From positions 160,001-224,000 of the forward strand of contig CAWALK010000022.1 of the NCBI GenBank assembly GCA_963782915.1: a DNA stretch of 64,000 nt. Direction: 5' to 3'. Under the pieces are notes generated by a model. The model saw only the letters and a list, made by a program, of their open reading frames with translations, was not told the origin of the DNA and ran no database searches. Below are positions 9,624 to 20,622 of the stretch, in pieces; positions within the stretch are counted from its first letter, which is position 1, and every line of letters starts with the position of its first letter. Both the position numbers and the translations under genes were made by a program. The stretch comes from an uncultured archaeon (GTDB lineage Archaea > Thermoproteota > Bathyarchaeia > Bathyarchaeales > Bathycorpusculaceae).

Positions 9624-9826
9624 CCAGTTTTCTGCCCATGATTAGTGCTATCTATAATGGTTAGGAGGTATTGCTTTTGGCTTATTTACTGTTTCTCGTT
9701 TGGCTAAGAAGTTCTCAAGTAAGCGTACTGATTGGCGTTTATCGTTTTATTGTATCGAACTTTCGATTTAATTTATATATTCAGGGTCTCGTTTAGATGT
9801 GTTATAACTCCCTGAGGCGATATAGA

Positions 9827-10798
9827 ATGGGTGAAACTCGAAGGATTCAGCAAACACCGACAGGGACTTTCTTTGTCTGTTTACTGAAAGATTGGGCATT
9901 GGCAAATGACCTCAAGAAAGGTGCAGAGGTCAAATTAGAAGTAACAAGTGACGGTAAACTGCTTATCGACGCAAAAAGTGAGGTTGAACAACAACCCAAA
10001 GAAGCTTGCCTAAAAGTAGGACCCTACTTGAGCCGCGAAATCGTCGGCCGCTACCTGCTTGGCTATGACATAATTAAAGTGGAAGCAAAAGACCGCATCG
10101 ACTCAACTGTTCGAAACATCATTAAATCAACAGCGAACTCGCTAGCTGGATTAATGATAGTTGAAGAAACCACCTCCATGATGACCCTGCAGTGCCTAAT
10201 GCAGCAACCCTTTACCTCACCAGAAAAGATTCTGCAGCGAAACCAAGCGAGTACCATCCGAATGATCCGCGACGCAGTCAGTTCCTTTGTTGCTTCAGAC
10301 ATGGATTTAGCTAAAAACGTTATCGAACGAGACGTTGAGAACAACAAATTCTATTTCTTGCTCGTGCGAATTCTGCGTACTATACTTCAAAATCCCCGAC
10401 TCAGCGAAAAACTCTCTATCGCCCCCATCGAATGCTTAGACTACCGCTTAATTGCAGGATTCATCGAAGGCATCGGCGATGCATGTGTTCAAATGGCGCA
10501 TAATTCGCTGGAACTTGACGGCACAAAGCTGTCTGAGGAACTGCGTAAACTGTTGCTGGAGTTGCAGTCCACCTGCTGTGAAGCTAACGAAAGTGCATTC
10601 AAATCTTTCCTAAGCAAGGACATCTCGTTAGCCGAAAATGTGCGTAATTTGAGGGCAAAGGTTGATGATAACTGCTCGAGGATTGAGGTTGCCGCGAAGG
10701 ATTCCTCGGTGGATTTGATGCCGCAGATTTTGGCGGCGGTGTCTTTTCTACGCCAGATTTATGAGCGTAGTGTGGACATGGCTGACCTTGTTGTCTAA
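9827..10798 (+). CDS. Phosphate uptake regulator, AbrB + tandem PhoU domains
   Basis: N-terminal RRIQQTPTGTFFVCL (AbrB-like), YLLGYDII, PhoU-type helical repeats. Confidence 0.85.
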   Translation: MGETRRIQQTPTGTFFVCLLKDWALANDLKKGAEVKLEVTSDGKLLIDAKSEVEQQPKEACLKVGPYLSREIVGRYLLGYDIIKVEAKDRIDSTVRNIIKSTANSLAGLMIVEETTSMMTLQCLMQQPFTSPEKILQRNQASTIRMIRDAVSSFVASDMDLAKNVIERDVENNKFYFLLVRILRTILQNPRLSEKLSIAPIECLDYRLIAGFIEGIGDACVQMAHNSLELDGTKLSEELRKLLLELQSTCCEANESAFKSFLSKDISLAENVRNLRAKVDDNCSRIEVAAKDSSVDLMPQILAAVSFLRQIYERSVDMADLVV

Positions 10799-10977
10799 CC
10801 GCGTCATTTTTCAATCTTAGAAGATTTTTCTGACACCCCCTTGTTTCATCTTCTACCAACGGGCTTTACAGGCGATTGTGTTTTGTATTCAGCGTTTGCG
10901 AGGCGTTGCAGTTGGTTGCATTTTGATTCTGCAAGCAGTTCGAATCTGAACTATGGAGGACCTACCTCCTCAGAGGT

Positions 10978-11000
10978 ACCTCCCCCTCCCTTATATAAAG
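10978..11000 (-). repeat. Dispersed intergenic repeat core (TTTATATAAGGGAGGGGGAGGT)
   Basis: Near-identical to 56102-56123. Confidence 0.6.
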
Positions 11001-11077
11001 CGCCAAATGTAGATTCAACCACTATTTGCCTGCTAAAGGGTTAAATCTACAATTACCCATTCTCAACGGGGAACCGT

Positions 11078-11698
11078 ATGTCAATAACAACCGACAAAAT
11101 CGCAAACGCACTATACCTCTCAGGATGCCTAAGGTTTGGCAGCTTCAAAATCAAGTCAGGCGCAATCAGCCCCTACTACATAGACATGGCACGCGTCCTC
11201 TCTGCGCCAAAACAGCTGGATGTCATCGCTGAGGTGGCAGCAGAAAAAATCAAGCAAATCTCAGCTTCCGATCCTATTGACAAGTTGGCTTCAATCGAAC
11301 TCAAAGGCGCCCTAATCGTACCCAGCATCGGCATCAAAACCGACATGCCCTGCATCATCGTGCGCAAAGAAGAGAAAGCCTACGGCGTCACAGGCAGAAT
11401 CGCGGGCGCAGACGTAACCAAAGGCGACAACGTGCTCTTTTTCGACGACGTAATCAGCGAGGGCTTATCAAAAATCGAAGGCATAAAACCCTTAGTAGAA
11501 CTCGGCGCCAAAGTCAAACATATGCTCGTCGTAGTCAACCGTGAACATGGTGGAAAAGAAAACCTTGAAAAACTCGGTTACCAAGTGCACGCGCTAGCAA
11601 AAATCACCGACATAGTCAACTCACTATACGCCAACAAGCACATCTCAAAAGAAGAAGCCGACAAAGTTCTCGACTACGTCAAACACTTCAAAGCTTAA
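11078..11698 (+). CDS. pyrE: Orotate phosphoribosyltransferase
   Basis: FGSFKIKSGAISPYYID, VRKEEKAYG, FFDDVISEG PRPP loop. Confidence 0.9.
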   Translation: MSITTDKIANALYLSGCLRFGSFKIKSGAISPYYIDMARVLSAPKQLDVIAEVAAEKIKQISASDPIDKLASIELKGALIVPSIGIKTDMPCIIVRKEEKAYGVTGRIAGADVTKGDNVLFFDDVISEGLSKIEGIKPLVELGAKVKHMLVVVNREHGGKENLEKLGYQVHALAKITDIVNSLYANKHISKEEADKVLDYVKHFKA

Positions 11699-11927
11699 CG
11701 ACTATACCAATCGACAACTCTTTCAGTAGCGTTTTTTGAATAACCGCTACTTTTAAGCGCCTTTTTCAAATTCAACCTATCACTAGCTGGCAATACAATC
11801 CCAAAACTTCTCCGACGCGTAAAATATAAAGTTAACCACACCCCCAAAAAACCGCAGCCCATACTTTTTACCCTTAACTTTATTGGCATCCACCCGCACA
11901 GAATACTCCAAAAGGATGCGCCAAAAA

Positions 11928-12932
11928 ATGCAAACCAACCCCATAGTAGAGGCAATGCTAAACCCACAAACCTACCCTGAAGAAACAGGAAAAATAGAAC
12001 TCATCCAAACACACATCTCATTCGTCTTCCTGACAAATAATTTCGTTTACAAAGTTAAGAAACCCGTGAATTTTGGGTTCCTGGATTTCTCCACACTCGA
12101 TAAGAGGCATGCCTTCTGCGAAAAAGAGCTCCAACTAAACAGACGCCTCTGCCCAGAAATCTACCTCGAAGTAGTACCCATAAACAAATCCAAATCCCTC
12201 AAGATCAAGGGCAGCGGAGAAACCTTTGAGTACGCCCTAAAAATGAAGCGCCTACCCCAAGAACGCATAATGACCCAGCTCCTCCAAGAGGGCAAAGTAG
12301 ACAAAAAAACAATAGATGAACTCGCCGCCATAGTTGCCAAATTCCACTCAGAAGCACAAACCAACGCTGAAATAAGCGAATTCGGCGGGCTCAAGATCGT
12401 GAAGACTAACTGGGACGAAAACTTTGCCCAAACAACCAAGTACATCGGCCAAAGCATCTCCAAATCCGATTACGATTTCATGCAAAACAAAATCAACGGC
12501 TTCATGGACAAAAACAAAGCCCTCTTCGATAGCCGCATCGCAGACAAACGGGTCCGCGACTGCCATGGCGACTTACATTCAGGCAACATCTTCATAACCG
12601 ATAAAATCTGCATATTCGACGCCATAGAATTCAACGACCGCTTCCGATACAGCGACGTAGCCGCCGACGTAGCCTTCCTAGCCATGGACCTCGACTACCA
12701 AAACAGAACTGACCTAGCCGACTACTTCATCGCACAATACATCGCCTACTCCAAGGATGCCCAGCTGAAAAAACTGCTGCCCTTCTACAAGTGCTACCGT
12801 GCCTACGTGCGGGGCAAAGTCATCAGCTTCAGACTCGACGACGCCAACATTAATGCAGAAGAAAAAGCCGCCGCCATAAAAGAAGCCAAAGCATACTTCC
12901 AGCTAGCCGCTGAGTATGCAAAAAACCTCTAA
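11928..12932 (+). CDS. Aminoglycoside phosphotransferase-like kinase (COG2187-type domain)
   Basis: ELIQTHISFVFL, YKVKKPV, RDCHGDLHSGNI, FDAIEFN, DVAFLAMDL. Confidence 0.88.
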   Translation: MQTNPIVEAMLNPQTYPEETGKIELIQTHISFVFLTNNFVYKVKKPVNFGFLDFSTLDKRHAFCEKELQLNRRLCPEIYLEVVPINKSKSLKIKGSGETFEYALKMKRLPQERIMTQLLQEGKVDKKTIDELAAIVAKFHSEAQTNAEISEFGGLKIVKTNWDENFAQTTKYIGQSISKSDYDFMQNKINGFMDKNKALFDSRIADKRVRDCHGDLHSGNIFITDKICIFDAIEFNDRFRYSDVAADVAFLAMDLDYQNRTDLADYFIAQYIAYSKDAQLKKLLPFYKCYRAYVRGKVISFRLDDANINAEEKAAAIKEAKAYFQLAAEYAKNL

Positions 12933-12936
12933 TTCC

Positions 12937-13806
12937 TTATTTTTTAAATTGGTCTGCAACCCAGTTGGGTACGTCAACGGTGCCCATTACGACTGGTTTT
13001 TGGTGGCAGTCGCTGCCGCCTGTCATGATTAAGCCGTTCTCTTTTGCAAACGCGACATAGTGGTTTGTTGTTTGTGGATTGTGTCTTGAGTGCCAGCATT
13101 CTACGCCGTCGATGTATGGTAGCATGGAGTCTTTGATTATTTGTGTCTGCTCAGGCAATGCTTTGGTTAATCCTGCTAGCGATGTTCCATGAGGATCGTC
13201 TGGGTGCGCTATCACTAGTTTTCCGCCTGCTGACCTGATGAGTTTCGAGGCTTCTTCGAGATACAGCGGATATTTTGGTACATCACATTTGACGAGGTAT
13301 TTGTCGAAGGCTTCCTGTCGGCTAGCCACAATGCCTTTCTTAACCAGATAATCTGCGATGTGGGGTCTGCCCAAGGTGCCATCCACGCTCTCTTCGATTT
13401 TGTGCAGATCATCTTTTGTCAGAGCTGCGATGTTTTCTTTTACGAATTCAGCGTTTAGGTTATCAAGGATTTTAGCTGCCCGCTCCTCTCGGTAATGCGC
13501 CATCAAAGCAAGCTTGCTCTTGAGCGCCTCATTGTCGGGGTTGAATTGGTAACCCAAAAAATCCAGCGAAACAGCTTTGCCTTCCTTGTATTTGGGATGG
13601 GAAAAAGTGACGTTTAACTCAACACCTGTCAGGTAGCTGATATCTGCTTTAGCAGCTTCCTCGGTGGCTCGGGTTTGGCACGTGATGGAGTCATGGTCGC
13701 TAATTGCTAAAAAATTGATATTTCGGGTTTTGGCTTCCCGAACGATTTCTGAAACGGTGTATTTGCCGTCGGACGCGCTGGAGTGGATATGTAAATCAAT
13801 GGTCAT
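12937..13806 (-). CDS. PHP-domain phosphoesterase (TrpH/YciV-like)
   Basis: DLHIHSSASDG, ISDHD, GRPHIA, AHP, GGSDCH. Confidence 0.92.
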   Translation of the reverse strand: MTIDLHIHSSASDGKYTVSEIVREAKTRNINFLAISDHDSITCQTRATEEAAKADISYLTGVELNVTFSHPKYKEGKAVSLDFLGYQFNPDNEALKSKLALMAHYREERAAKILDNLNAEFVKENIAALTKDDLHKIEESVDGTLGRPHIADYLVKKGIVASRQEAFDKYLVKCDVPKYPLYLEEASKLIRSAGGKLVIAHPDDPHGTSLAGLTKALPEQTQIIKDSMLPYIDGVECWHSRHNPQTTNHYVAFAKENGLIMTGGSDCHQKPVVMGTVDVPNWVADQFKK

Positions 13807-13819
13807 GGGGAAGTGTTCG

Positions 13820-14425
13820 TTACCTCTTTTCTTCTCCGATTATGAACCATTGGTCCATTTCGTTGTGGCAGGTGTCGACTGTTAAGTGGGTGATTTTGAG
13901 GTTGGGGTATTTTTTCTTGATGGCGTCTATGTCTACGGCTTCGAATTTGTTTTTGTTAGCTAAGTACGCTTCCTCTGTTAGGGCGTTGGATTCATATTTT
14001 TCTTTGGTTCGCTTCATTATTCTAGCAATAGAGACTTCTTGGGGGCAACTGGTTTGCAAGATGACAAAGGTCATGTTGTTTTTTGCCGCAATTTCTGCCG
14101 CACGTTCACGAAGACCTTGCGCAACAAAGGTTGCATCCAAAATCATGCCGCCACTACTCTTCGCTGCTAATTCGTCTGCTCGCCTGAACACTTCATCATA
14201 GACAGACATTCGCTTGTTCATGTTTCCAGCGACTTTAGCATCAAAAATATCCTCGTTCTTTAAGACTTCTAGTCTGATTAAGTCGCTGCGGAGGATAGGA
14301 TAACCCTTGATTTTAGCGATTTCTTCGGCGGTTTCGGTTTTGTAACTTGCCGGTAACCCGCATGTGATAAGGAGAGTTCTTGGTTCCAGTTTCTTTTCGA
14401 CAAAAGAGGCAAAAGCTTCTTTCAT
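13820..14425 (-). CDS. AAA_33 family P-loop kinase
   Basis: GLPASYKT Walker A variant, RSDLIR, ILDATF. Confidence 0.85.
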   Translation of the reverse strand: MKEAFASFVEKKLEPRTLLITCGLPASYKTETAEEIAKIKGYPILRSDLIRLEVLKNEDIFDAKVAGNMNKRMSVYDEVFRRADELAAKSSGGMILDATFVAQGLRERAAEIAAKNNMTFVILQTSCPQEVSIARIMKRTKEKYESNALTEEAYLANKNKFEAVDIDAIKKKYPNLKITHLTVDTCHNEMDQWFIIGEEKR

Positions 14426-14581
14426 TATTGGTACACCCTGAGTATAGTTAGCTTGGATGATGTGTGATTTAACTTTTTCCAGCTAAAACCGCTCTCTACC
14501 ACACTTTACACCTTAGTGAAAGAGAGGTAAATCTCTAAATAGGGAAAGTACACACAATTCGATAAAAGAAGGAATCAAGTC

Positions 14582-15840
14582 ATGGAAGACTTCCAAGTTA
14601 AAGATAAAAGTCTTGCACCGCAAGGCCACTTACAGATTGAATGGGCAGCCAAACACATGCCCGTTCTAAACATCATAAAAACCCGCTTCGAAAAAGAACA
14701 ACCACTCAAAGGCCAAACCCTCGCCGCATGCCTCCACGTAACCAAAGAAACAGCAGTACTCATCAAAGTACTCATCGCCGGAGGCGCAAAAGTCGCAGTA
14801 TGCGGTTCAAACCCACTCTCAACCCAAGACGACGTCGCCGCAGCCCTAGCAGACAGCGGAGTGCACGTTTATGCTTGGAGAGGCCAAAACACAGAGGACT
14901 ACTACAAATGCATGGAAAACGTCCTCGCATACAAACCAACAATCACTATGGATGACGGCGCAGACGTCGTGGGCATGATTCACAGCAAACGCCCAGACCT
15001 AATCAAAGACATCAAAGGCGGAACAGAAGAAACCACCACAGGCGTCGTCCGCTTAAAAGCCATGGAAAAAGATGGCAGCCTCAAATACCCAATCGTAGCA
15101 GTAAACGAAGCACTTACCAAATACCTCTTTGATAACCGCTACGGAACAGGCCAAAGCACCATCGACGGCATCCTACGCGCAACCTCGGTGCTACTTAGCA
15201 GGCAAAAACTTTGTTGTCGGCGGATACGGCTGGTGCAGCAGAGGCATCGCCATGCGCGCACAAGGCTTAGGCGCAAACGTCATAGTAACAGAAGTCCAAC
15301 CCACCCGCGCTCTAGAAGCAGTCATGAACGGCTTACGCGTCATGACCATGGCTGAAGCAGCCCCAATCGGCGACATCTTCGTAACAGCCACAGGCGACAT
15401 AAGCGTCATACGCAAAGAACACCTAGAAAAAATGAAGGACGGCGCCATAATGTGCAACAGCGGCCACTTCAACGTCGAAATCAACATCCCCGACTTAGAA
15501 TCAATCAGCAAAGCCAAACGCACAATGCGCCCCAACATGGAAGAATACACAACCAAAGACAACAGACACCTCTACCTACTAGGCGAAGGCAGACTAGTCA
15601 ACCTAGCCGCAGCAGAAGGCCACCCATCAGAAGTCATGGACATGTCATTTGCCAACCAAGCACTCTGCGCAGAATTCGTCGCAAAATCACGCCAAACTAG
15701 ACACCAAAGTCTACAATGTACCAAAAGACATCGACGAGAAAATCGCTGAACTAAAACTAAAAAGCATGGGCATCACGATCGATGAGTTGACAGCTGAACA
15801 GAAAAAGTATCTTTCCACATGGGAAATGGGAACAACCTAA
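14582..15840 (+). CDS. ahcY: Adenosylhomocysteinase (frameshifted near 15195 and 15690)
   Basis: [51 protein letters not shown] spread over three frames. Confidence 0.93.
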
Positions 15841-15920
15841 TCACCCTTCCCTTGGAAACCATGACAAACTTTAAATTGATTAACCGAATACATGGCTACT
15901 AAAGTTAGGTGAATCACTAA

Positions 15921-16273
15921 ATGGTTAGCAAAGATCAAGGAATAGGTGGAGCAATACTCGCAGTCTGCGTTATCGTAGCAATAGGCTACCTCGTAACATT
16001 ATTCGTATCCACAGTTGGCTCGTCACATATCGGGCTACATCAGACAGCACAGCAAACGTTCAATTCTGGGTCATCGCAGTACCAGTCTTCATAGCTTTCG
16101 TCGCAATCCTCTTCATAGGTGCATGGATCGGATGGACAATGGCAACAACACCCCCTCCAAAACCAATCGAAGAAATCACAACTGAAATCGAAGACAAAAA
16201 AGAAGAGCCTAAAGTAGAGCAAGCAGCGGCACCTGAAACTGCCACCGAAGAAAAAGCTAAGAAAAAGAAATAA
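15921..16273 (+). CDS. Small archaeal membrane protein (frameshifted)
   Basis: MVSKDQGIGGAILAVCVIVAIGY... then ...IAVPVFIAFVAILFIGAWIGWTMATTPPPKPIEE, with a K/E-rich tail. Confidence 0.7.
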
Positions 16274-16371
16274 ATTCTTTTCTTTTTTAATTTTAAAATC
16301 TTCTCTTTAATTTTTCTCTATCTCAATTCGTCTGACGCCATTAGTCTGCCATTTACGTTTGAAATTAAGAA

Positions 16372-16738
16372 TCAGAAGTCACGCATTTTTCTAAGCATGC
16401 AATCAACTATGTTCTTGCATACAAGGCAGTTATCGGGAATTTCCTTTTGCGTTCGCTCACTTAGGTAGCCTAGATGAAACTGGCAAGCTGCAGGTTTCTC
16501 ATTGACTCTTGGGTGAACCCTGTTTGCTCTCGGCCTCCGATGGCTTCTGCGGTGCCTGAGGTAGCTGGCACGGTTTTTCTTGACTTTGAAGCTCGGGCAT
16601 TTCTATTTTACTTAAGCAGAAAGGACAAGCGAAATAGGGCTCAGAAGGGTTTTCTTGAAGGTTCAGTGTCTTAAGGGGCGCTGTAAATGATTTTTTACAA
16701 GAAATATTTGGGCATGTGAAAGTTTTCTTTTCCCCCAT
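16372..16738 (-). CDS. Cys-rich zinc-finger protein (frameshift near 16500)
   Basis: CPNISC...CPFC N-terminus; other frame continues CQFHLGYL...IPDNCLVCKNIVDCML. Confidence 0.7.
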
Positions 16739-16816
16739 TACAGCACCACTAAGCTTACCAATTAACCCATAGAAAGGGTGTGGGCGCTTATAGTGTTGCC
16801 GAATTCAAAATAAGAA

Positions 16817-18019
16817 TTAAGCCCCTTCAACACTGCAGCTTTCGCTGGGAGACGCAAGCGTCTTTAGTGCATTTGCTCCCTCAGCATATCCGCTTGCAAC
16901 CAGCACGTCGCCGACTGCAATTTTGGAATCCGCACGGGGCCGCAAGCACTTATCCTCACGTTTTATAACTAAAACCCACATGCCTGTCTCATCATGCACC
17001 CGCGCCTCCTTGAGCGTCTTGCCCACCAAGGATGAATCCGCTGAAACACAAGCTTGCGTAACAGTTTCCTCCGCCTCCTTAATCGTCAACTTTAGAATCG
17101 GATGCGGCTCGACTCCGCGCAGTACCACCTCTGCCATTTCTGCTGCTGCATCAGCAATTTTTTCTGTTGCAACACCCAAACGGATTAACCCCAGAAAACC
17201 TGAGGCTTCCTCTTTGGGAAAATCACTCGTTAGAGCGAGTAACTCAAAATCAGTGTGCATCTGATCCATGCGTTCCTCAAGCCGCTCAACTTCTTCAGCT
17301 AATTCTTTACTGTTGAGCAACAGCGCAGAGTACGCTAAATCAATCATCAATTCGGAAGTATCTTTTAATTCGACGAATCTTGAAACGATCTCTTCAAACT
17401 TTGCACGTTTCTCTGGTGCTAAGGTTGAAAGTTTGCCTTCGGCTAAATCCTTGAATTCCTCAATCCCCGACGGTGCGCCACGAGTGATTAGAATATCACC
17501 TTGGAAAACGCGTTCTTTCTTGTTGGGGTTTAGTATCCAATCGTGGTTTCTGCGGATGGCGATGATATCTACGCCCATGGATGCGGCTAAGTCGAGTTCG
17601 CCGATTTGTTTTTTGATGAGTGACGAGTTGGGTTTGACTGTGACTTTCATTAGGCGCTCTTCAACTTTCTCAAAAATTTCGCCAACGATTGGGTGGATGC
17701 CGATGTTGCGGGTTACGATGCCTGCGATGTCTGCTGCTGCATCGCTGATTTTGTCAGTAGAAGCTGCTACCGTTGAGACGCCGATTAGTTGTTCTGCATC
17801 TTTGGGGTCACGTGCAGCAACCATAATCTCCATATCCAGCAGGTATGCGAGGTTGTCGACTCTGCTTTCTAATGCCAGCACATCTTCGGCTAGGTCCTTA
17901 TCGTTGTATAAAGCAGCGGAGTATGCAAGGTCAATCATTAATTCTGAGAGATTCTTCATCTCGAGTAAAAGCTGCCGAACTGGGATGGGTTTATACTCTA
18001 TTTTTTCAAATTGAGGCAA
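16817..18019 (-). CDS. Tandem PhoU + TrkA-C (RCK_C) domain protein
   Basis: Duplicated KxxSELMIDLAYSA PhoU units each followed by TrkA_C (SSLVGKTL...GMWVLVIKR); TTG start 18019. Confidence 0.85.
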   Translation of the reverse strand: MPQFEKIEYKPIPVRQLLLEMKNLSELMIDLAYSAALYNDKDLAEDVLALESRVDNLAYLLDMEIMVAARDPKDAEQLIGVSTVAASTDKISDAAADIAGIVTRNIGIHPIVGEIFEKVEERLMKVTVKPNSSLIKKQIGELDLAASMGVDIIAIRRNHDWILNPNKKERVFQGDILITRGAPSGIEEFKDLAEGKLSTLAPEKRAKFEEIVSRFVELKDTSELMIDLAYSALLLNSKELAEEVERLEERMDQMHTDFELLALTSDFPKEEASGFLGLIRLGVATEKIADAAAEMAEVVLRGVEPHPILKLTIKEAEETVTQACVSADSSLVGKTLKEARVHDETGMWVLVIKREDKCLRPRADSKIAVGDVLVASGYAEGANALKTLASPSESCSVEGA

Positions 18020-18071
18020 AGTGAAAAGAGCGCTCCATACTATTACTTGTTTTTTGATTATTTTAATTTGC

Positions 18072-19277
18072 TTATAATCCAACAATTAGGAGCAAAGTTA
18101 GAAACAACGCAACGGTTGTCAACGCATCCGCCAATGAGCTTCCGACAGGTATCACAAAGTTGTCGGGATCTAAACCTCGCTTAAATGTCAAAATCGAGAT
18201 GCCGTAGGATACAAGAACAATAAGCGTGAAGGCAATCACGTTAGAAATCAAAAGTATAACTAACAAACTGGTGAGTCCTGCTACTGTGAGGACACCATCG
18301 ATTGCCAACGCCAACACACCCACCACTACAAACAGCATAACCGTAGCTGCCCACGCGCTAAAAATATTCTTCGCATGATTCTTTATCGACGAGAAAGATG
18401 GCGCGAGAACTCCCAAGGTAAGTTTAACGGTGGCGGCGGAACTAACGACTAATCCTGCGTCGCCCATCATATCAATCATTGCTGGGTAGACTGTGTAGAT
18501 TTCTCTGCGGCCATCAACTAAGCTGCTTATGCTTTTGAGTAAAGTCCCAGTTATGTTAACCATGACGGCGACCAGAAGCATGGTTGGCAGTGATTCTTTG
18601 ATGATTCTGCGGAACTCTGCTGTTCGAATGTTTAGCGGCAGAATAAACAGTACCAAGAAGACGTTGATGAGGCCAAACAGGATTATGATGCCCTGACCGA
18701 CTATGCCCGAGAAGTACAGATGCAAGACGCCTATGTAGAGAAAAGTGATTATGATGTTTGCGACTGTTGAAATGGCTGGGTAAACGATTGTGTCGGGGTC
18801 TAAGCTTCTCTTGAAGGAGACGAATGTAAATTGAACTGTTATTAATGTGATCAGCAGCCCCAAAGAGAGCGTAGCAACCATAACTGTTAGGATAGCTGGG
18901 AAATCGGCGATTGTAGTTCCCCAAAACAGGATTCCAAACGGAATGGAGATAATGCTGATTGTAGCGCTGGTTGCTAAAGTTATGACAACCATGGCTCCGA
19001 TGAGTTTGTAAAAGCTTTTTGTGTTTCCAAAAAACTTTGGGTAAACAGTGCCTAAATATAGCGCCGTACTCAAGCGTCCAGTAAGCAATCCCGTGATAAC
19101 GGCTTTTACGCTGATAACTGCTGGGTACAATGCTAGCGCCCACGGCGAAAGCTGAAAAATCCCAAGTTGCAGTGCAATCACGAAGCCAGCGATTAAGCTG
19201 CCCACGTCAAAGAGGCATGCTAGCGTGGTCTCTTTAAACATTCCAAAGAAACTTTGAGAGATCCCCGCATGTGCTAT
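18072..19277 (-). CDS. MgtE/SLC41A-type divalent cation transporter (two membrane repeats)
   Basis: RLSTAL, LDPDT and LDPDN motifs; possible ATA start at 19277 after GGAGG, otherwise ATG 19241. Confidence 0.85.
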   Translation of the reverse strand: MAHAGISQSFFGMFKETTLACLFDVGSLIAGFVIALQLGIFQLSPWALALYPAVISVKAVITGLLTGRLSTALYLGTVYPKFFGNTKSFYKLIGAMVVITLATSATISIISIPFGILFWGTTIADFPAILTVMVATLSLGLLITLITVQFTFVSFKRSLDPDTIVYPAISTVANIIITFLYIGVLHLYFSGIVGQGIIILFGLINVFLVLFILPLNIRTAEFRRIIKESLPTMLLVAVMVNITGTLLKSISSLVDGRREIYTVYPAMIDMMGDAGLVVSSAATVKLTLGVLAPSFSSIKNHAKNIFSAWAATVMLFVVVGVLALAIDGVLTVAGLTSLLVILLISNVIAFTLIVLVSYGISILTFKRGLDPDNFVIPVGSSLADALTTVALFLTLLLIVGL

Positions 19278-19579
19278 AACCGCCGCCTCCTAATTCATGT
19301 TTTAGTCTAAAACCTCGCAGGTTCCTTTTTTGCGATTAAGTATAGTTGACGCTATCGCGGCTATAGAATTTTGGGTCCTGTGGACGTTCTCCATATTAAT
19401 CGCCTCTAATTGTTTGGCTGTCCACAGTCACTTATGCGCTGTGCGGGCTGCCAAAGCCTCATTTACTGCCAGATAAAGTTCCTGAAGAGACAGCTAAATC
19501 TTAAAAAGGTTCTGCACAGCATCTGCTGCTGGTTACCTTGAGCTTTATGGGTTTTCTATAGTTTGTTGTAGTGAAAAAT

Positions 19580-19597
19580 CCCCTATACACAACAACC
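19580..19597 (-). repeat. Dispersed repeat core GTTGTTGTGTATAGGGG
   Basis: Exact 17-mer also at 33939-33955. Confidence 0.6.
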
Positions 19598-19628
19598 ACG
19601 GGTTTGTGTGGCTGCTTGCCTCTAATTT

Positions 19629-20399
19629 TTAAATCACTTGGAACGCTATTTCTATCAGGCTTATGGTAACGGCAATTAGGCATGCGCCGAAGATGTTCCT
19701 TGTTTTCCAAGTCACGAAAAGCATGGCGGCGAACGTGAGTGCGCTGCATATCTGCCATGGCAACGAATTAGACATATAGCTCTGATAAGCCAGCCACGCG
19801 ATAACCGCGAGCAGCAGGGTGTTTTCTTTTCCGACATATCGATTGAAGAGGATGCCCACGAAGAACACGGTTTGCAGCACAACCGAGACTACGCTGACAA
19901 GAACAATCCAAAGGACCATGCCTCCTTGGGTGTATCCCTGGACCCATTGCTGATGAAACATGGCATTTGTCGCCAAAAAGAGTGCGGCGGCAAAGACTAA
20001 TCCAGCGGCGCTGTAAGCAATTGTCTTTTTCCAGTTGCTAATTCTGAAACCCAACTCGTTAACTGTGATGTGCCTATTCAATGCCAGTATTGCCAGGATT
20101 GGAACAACCGTGTAGGCTACGACGTTTGTTAATGCATAGTTGAGGGTTAAGTTGTTATCGAAGAGTGGGCGCTCGGGTAAAGAGATGGCAAACACTTGCT
20201 GTATTATGATGCCGTGGAACGTCTGGAAGACAAAGCCCAGGAGAAAGACTAGTAGTGTCAACTCGAACAGCTTGGTTTGCTTATGTCTTAGTTTTAGGAT
20301 AGCTGCGATTCCGAAAACAATTAGGGAAACTGCGAGGGTGGTGGCGTTTATTCCGATTGGTCCAAAATACATTGGTCGGGCGTAGATTGGGATGCTCAT
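19629..20399 (-). CDS. Multi-pass membrane protein, CPBP/Abi-like with degenerate catalytic motif
   Basis: ELGFR, QTVFFVG in place of EExxFRG, KTRNI; about 8 TM segments. Confidence 0.6.
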   Translation of the reverse strand: MSIPIYARPMYFGPIGINATTLAVSLIVFGIAAILKLRHKQTKLFELTLLVFLLGFVFQTFHGIIIQQVFAISLPERPLFDNNLTLNYALTNVVAYTVVPILAILALNRHITVNELGFRISNWKKTIAYSAAGLVFAAALFLATNAMFHQQWVQGYTQGGMVLWIVLVSVVSVVLQTVFFVGILFNRYVGKENTLLLAVIAWLAYQSYMSNSLPWQICSALTFAAMLFVTWKTRNIFGACLIAVTISLIEIAFQVI

Positions 20400-20622
20400 G
20401 TGCGGTCGGTAGGCCCTTGGTAGTTTGGGGAGATATGCTTTGAGGTACAGTTGTTTACGTGAGCCAGCGGGGTTTTGTAGGCTCGGTTGATGCTTCTGTA
20501 TTCGACTTTCTGTTTTTAGTTTAAGAAGAAATAACAGTTGCCCTTACTCATCATCTAGCAGCGGATTTTGGGGGCGTTGCGTTTTTGCGTGTGCGTTTGG
20601 TCGGGGTTGAAGCTTCAAGAGA

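Noticed and set aside
14582-15840. Programmed frameshifting or pseudogenisation of ahcY
   Set aside because: No slippery heptamer plus stimulator seen, and neighbouring genes are also broken, so sequencing error is more likely
17268-18014. 248-aa plus-strand ORF and other long antisense ORFs (e.g. 3621-4040)
   Set aside because: Shadows of well-supported genes on the opposite strand
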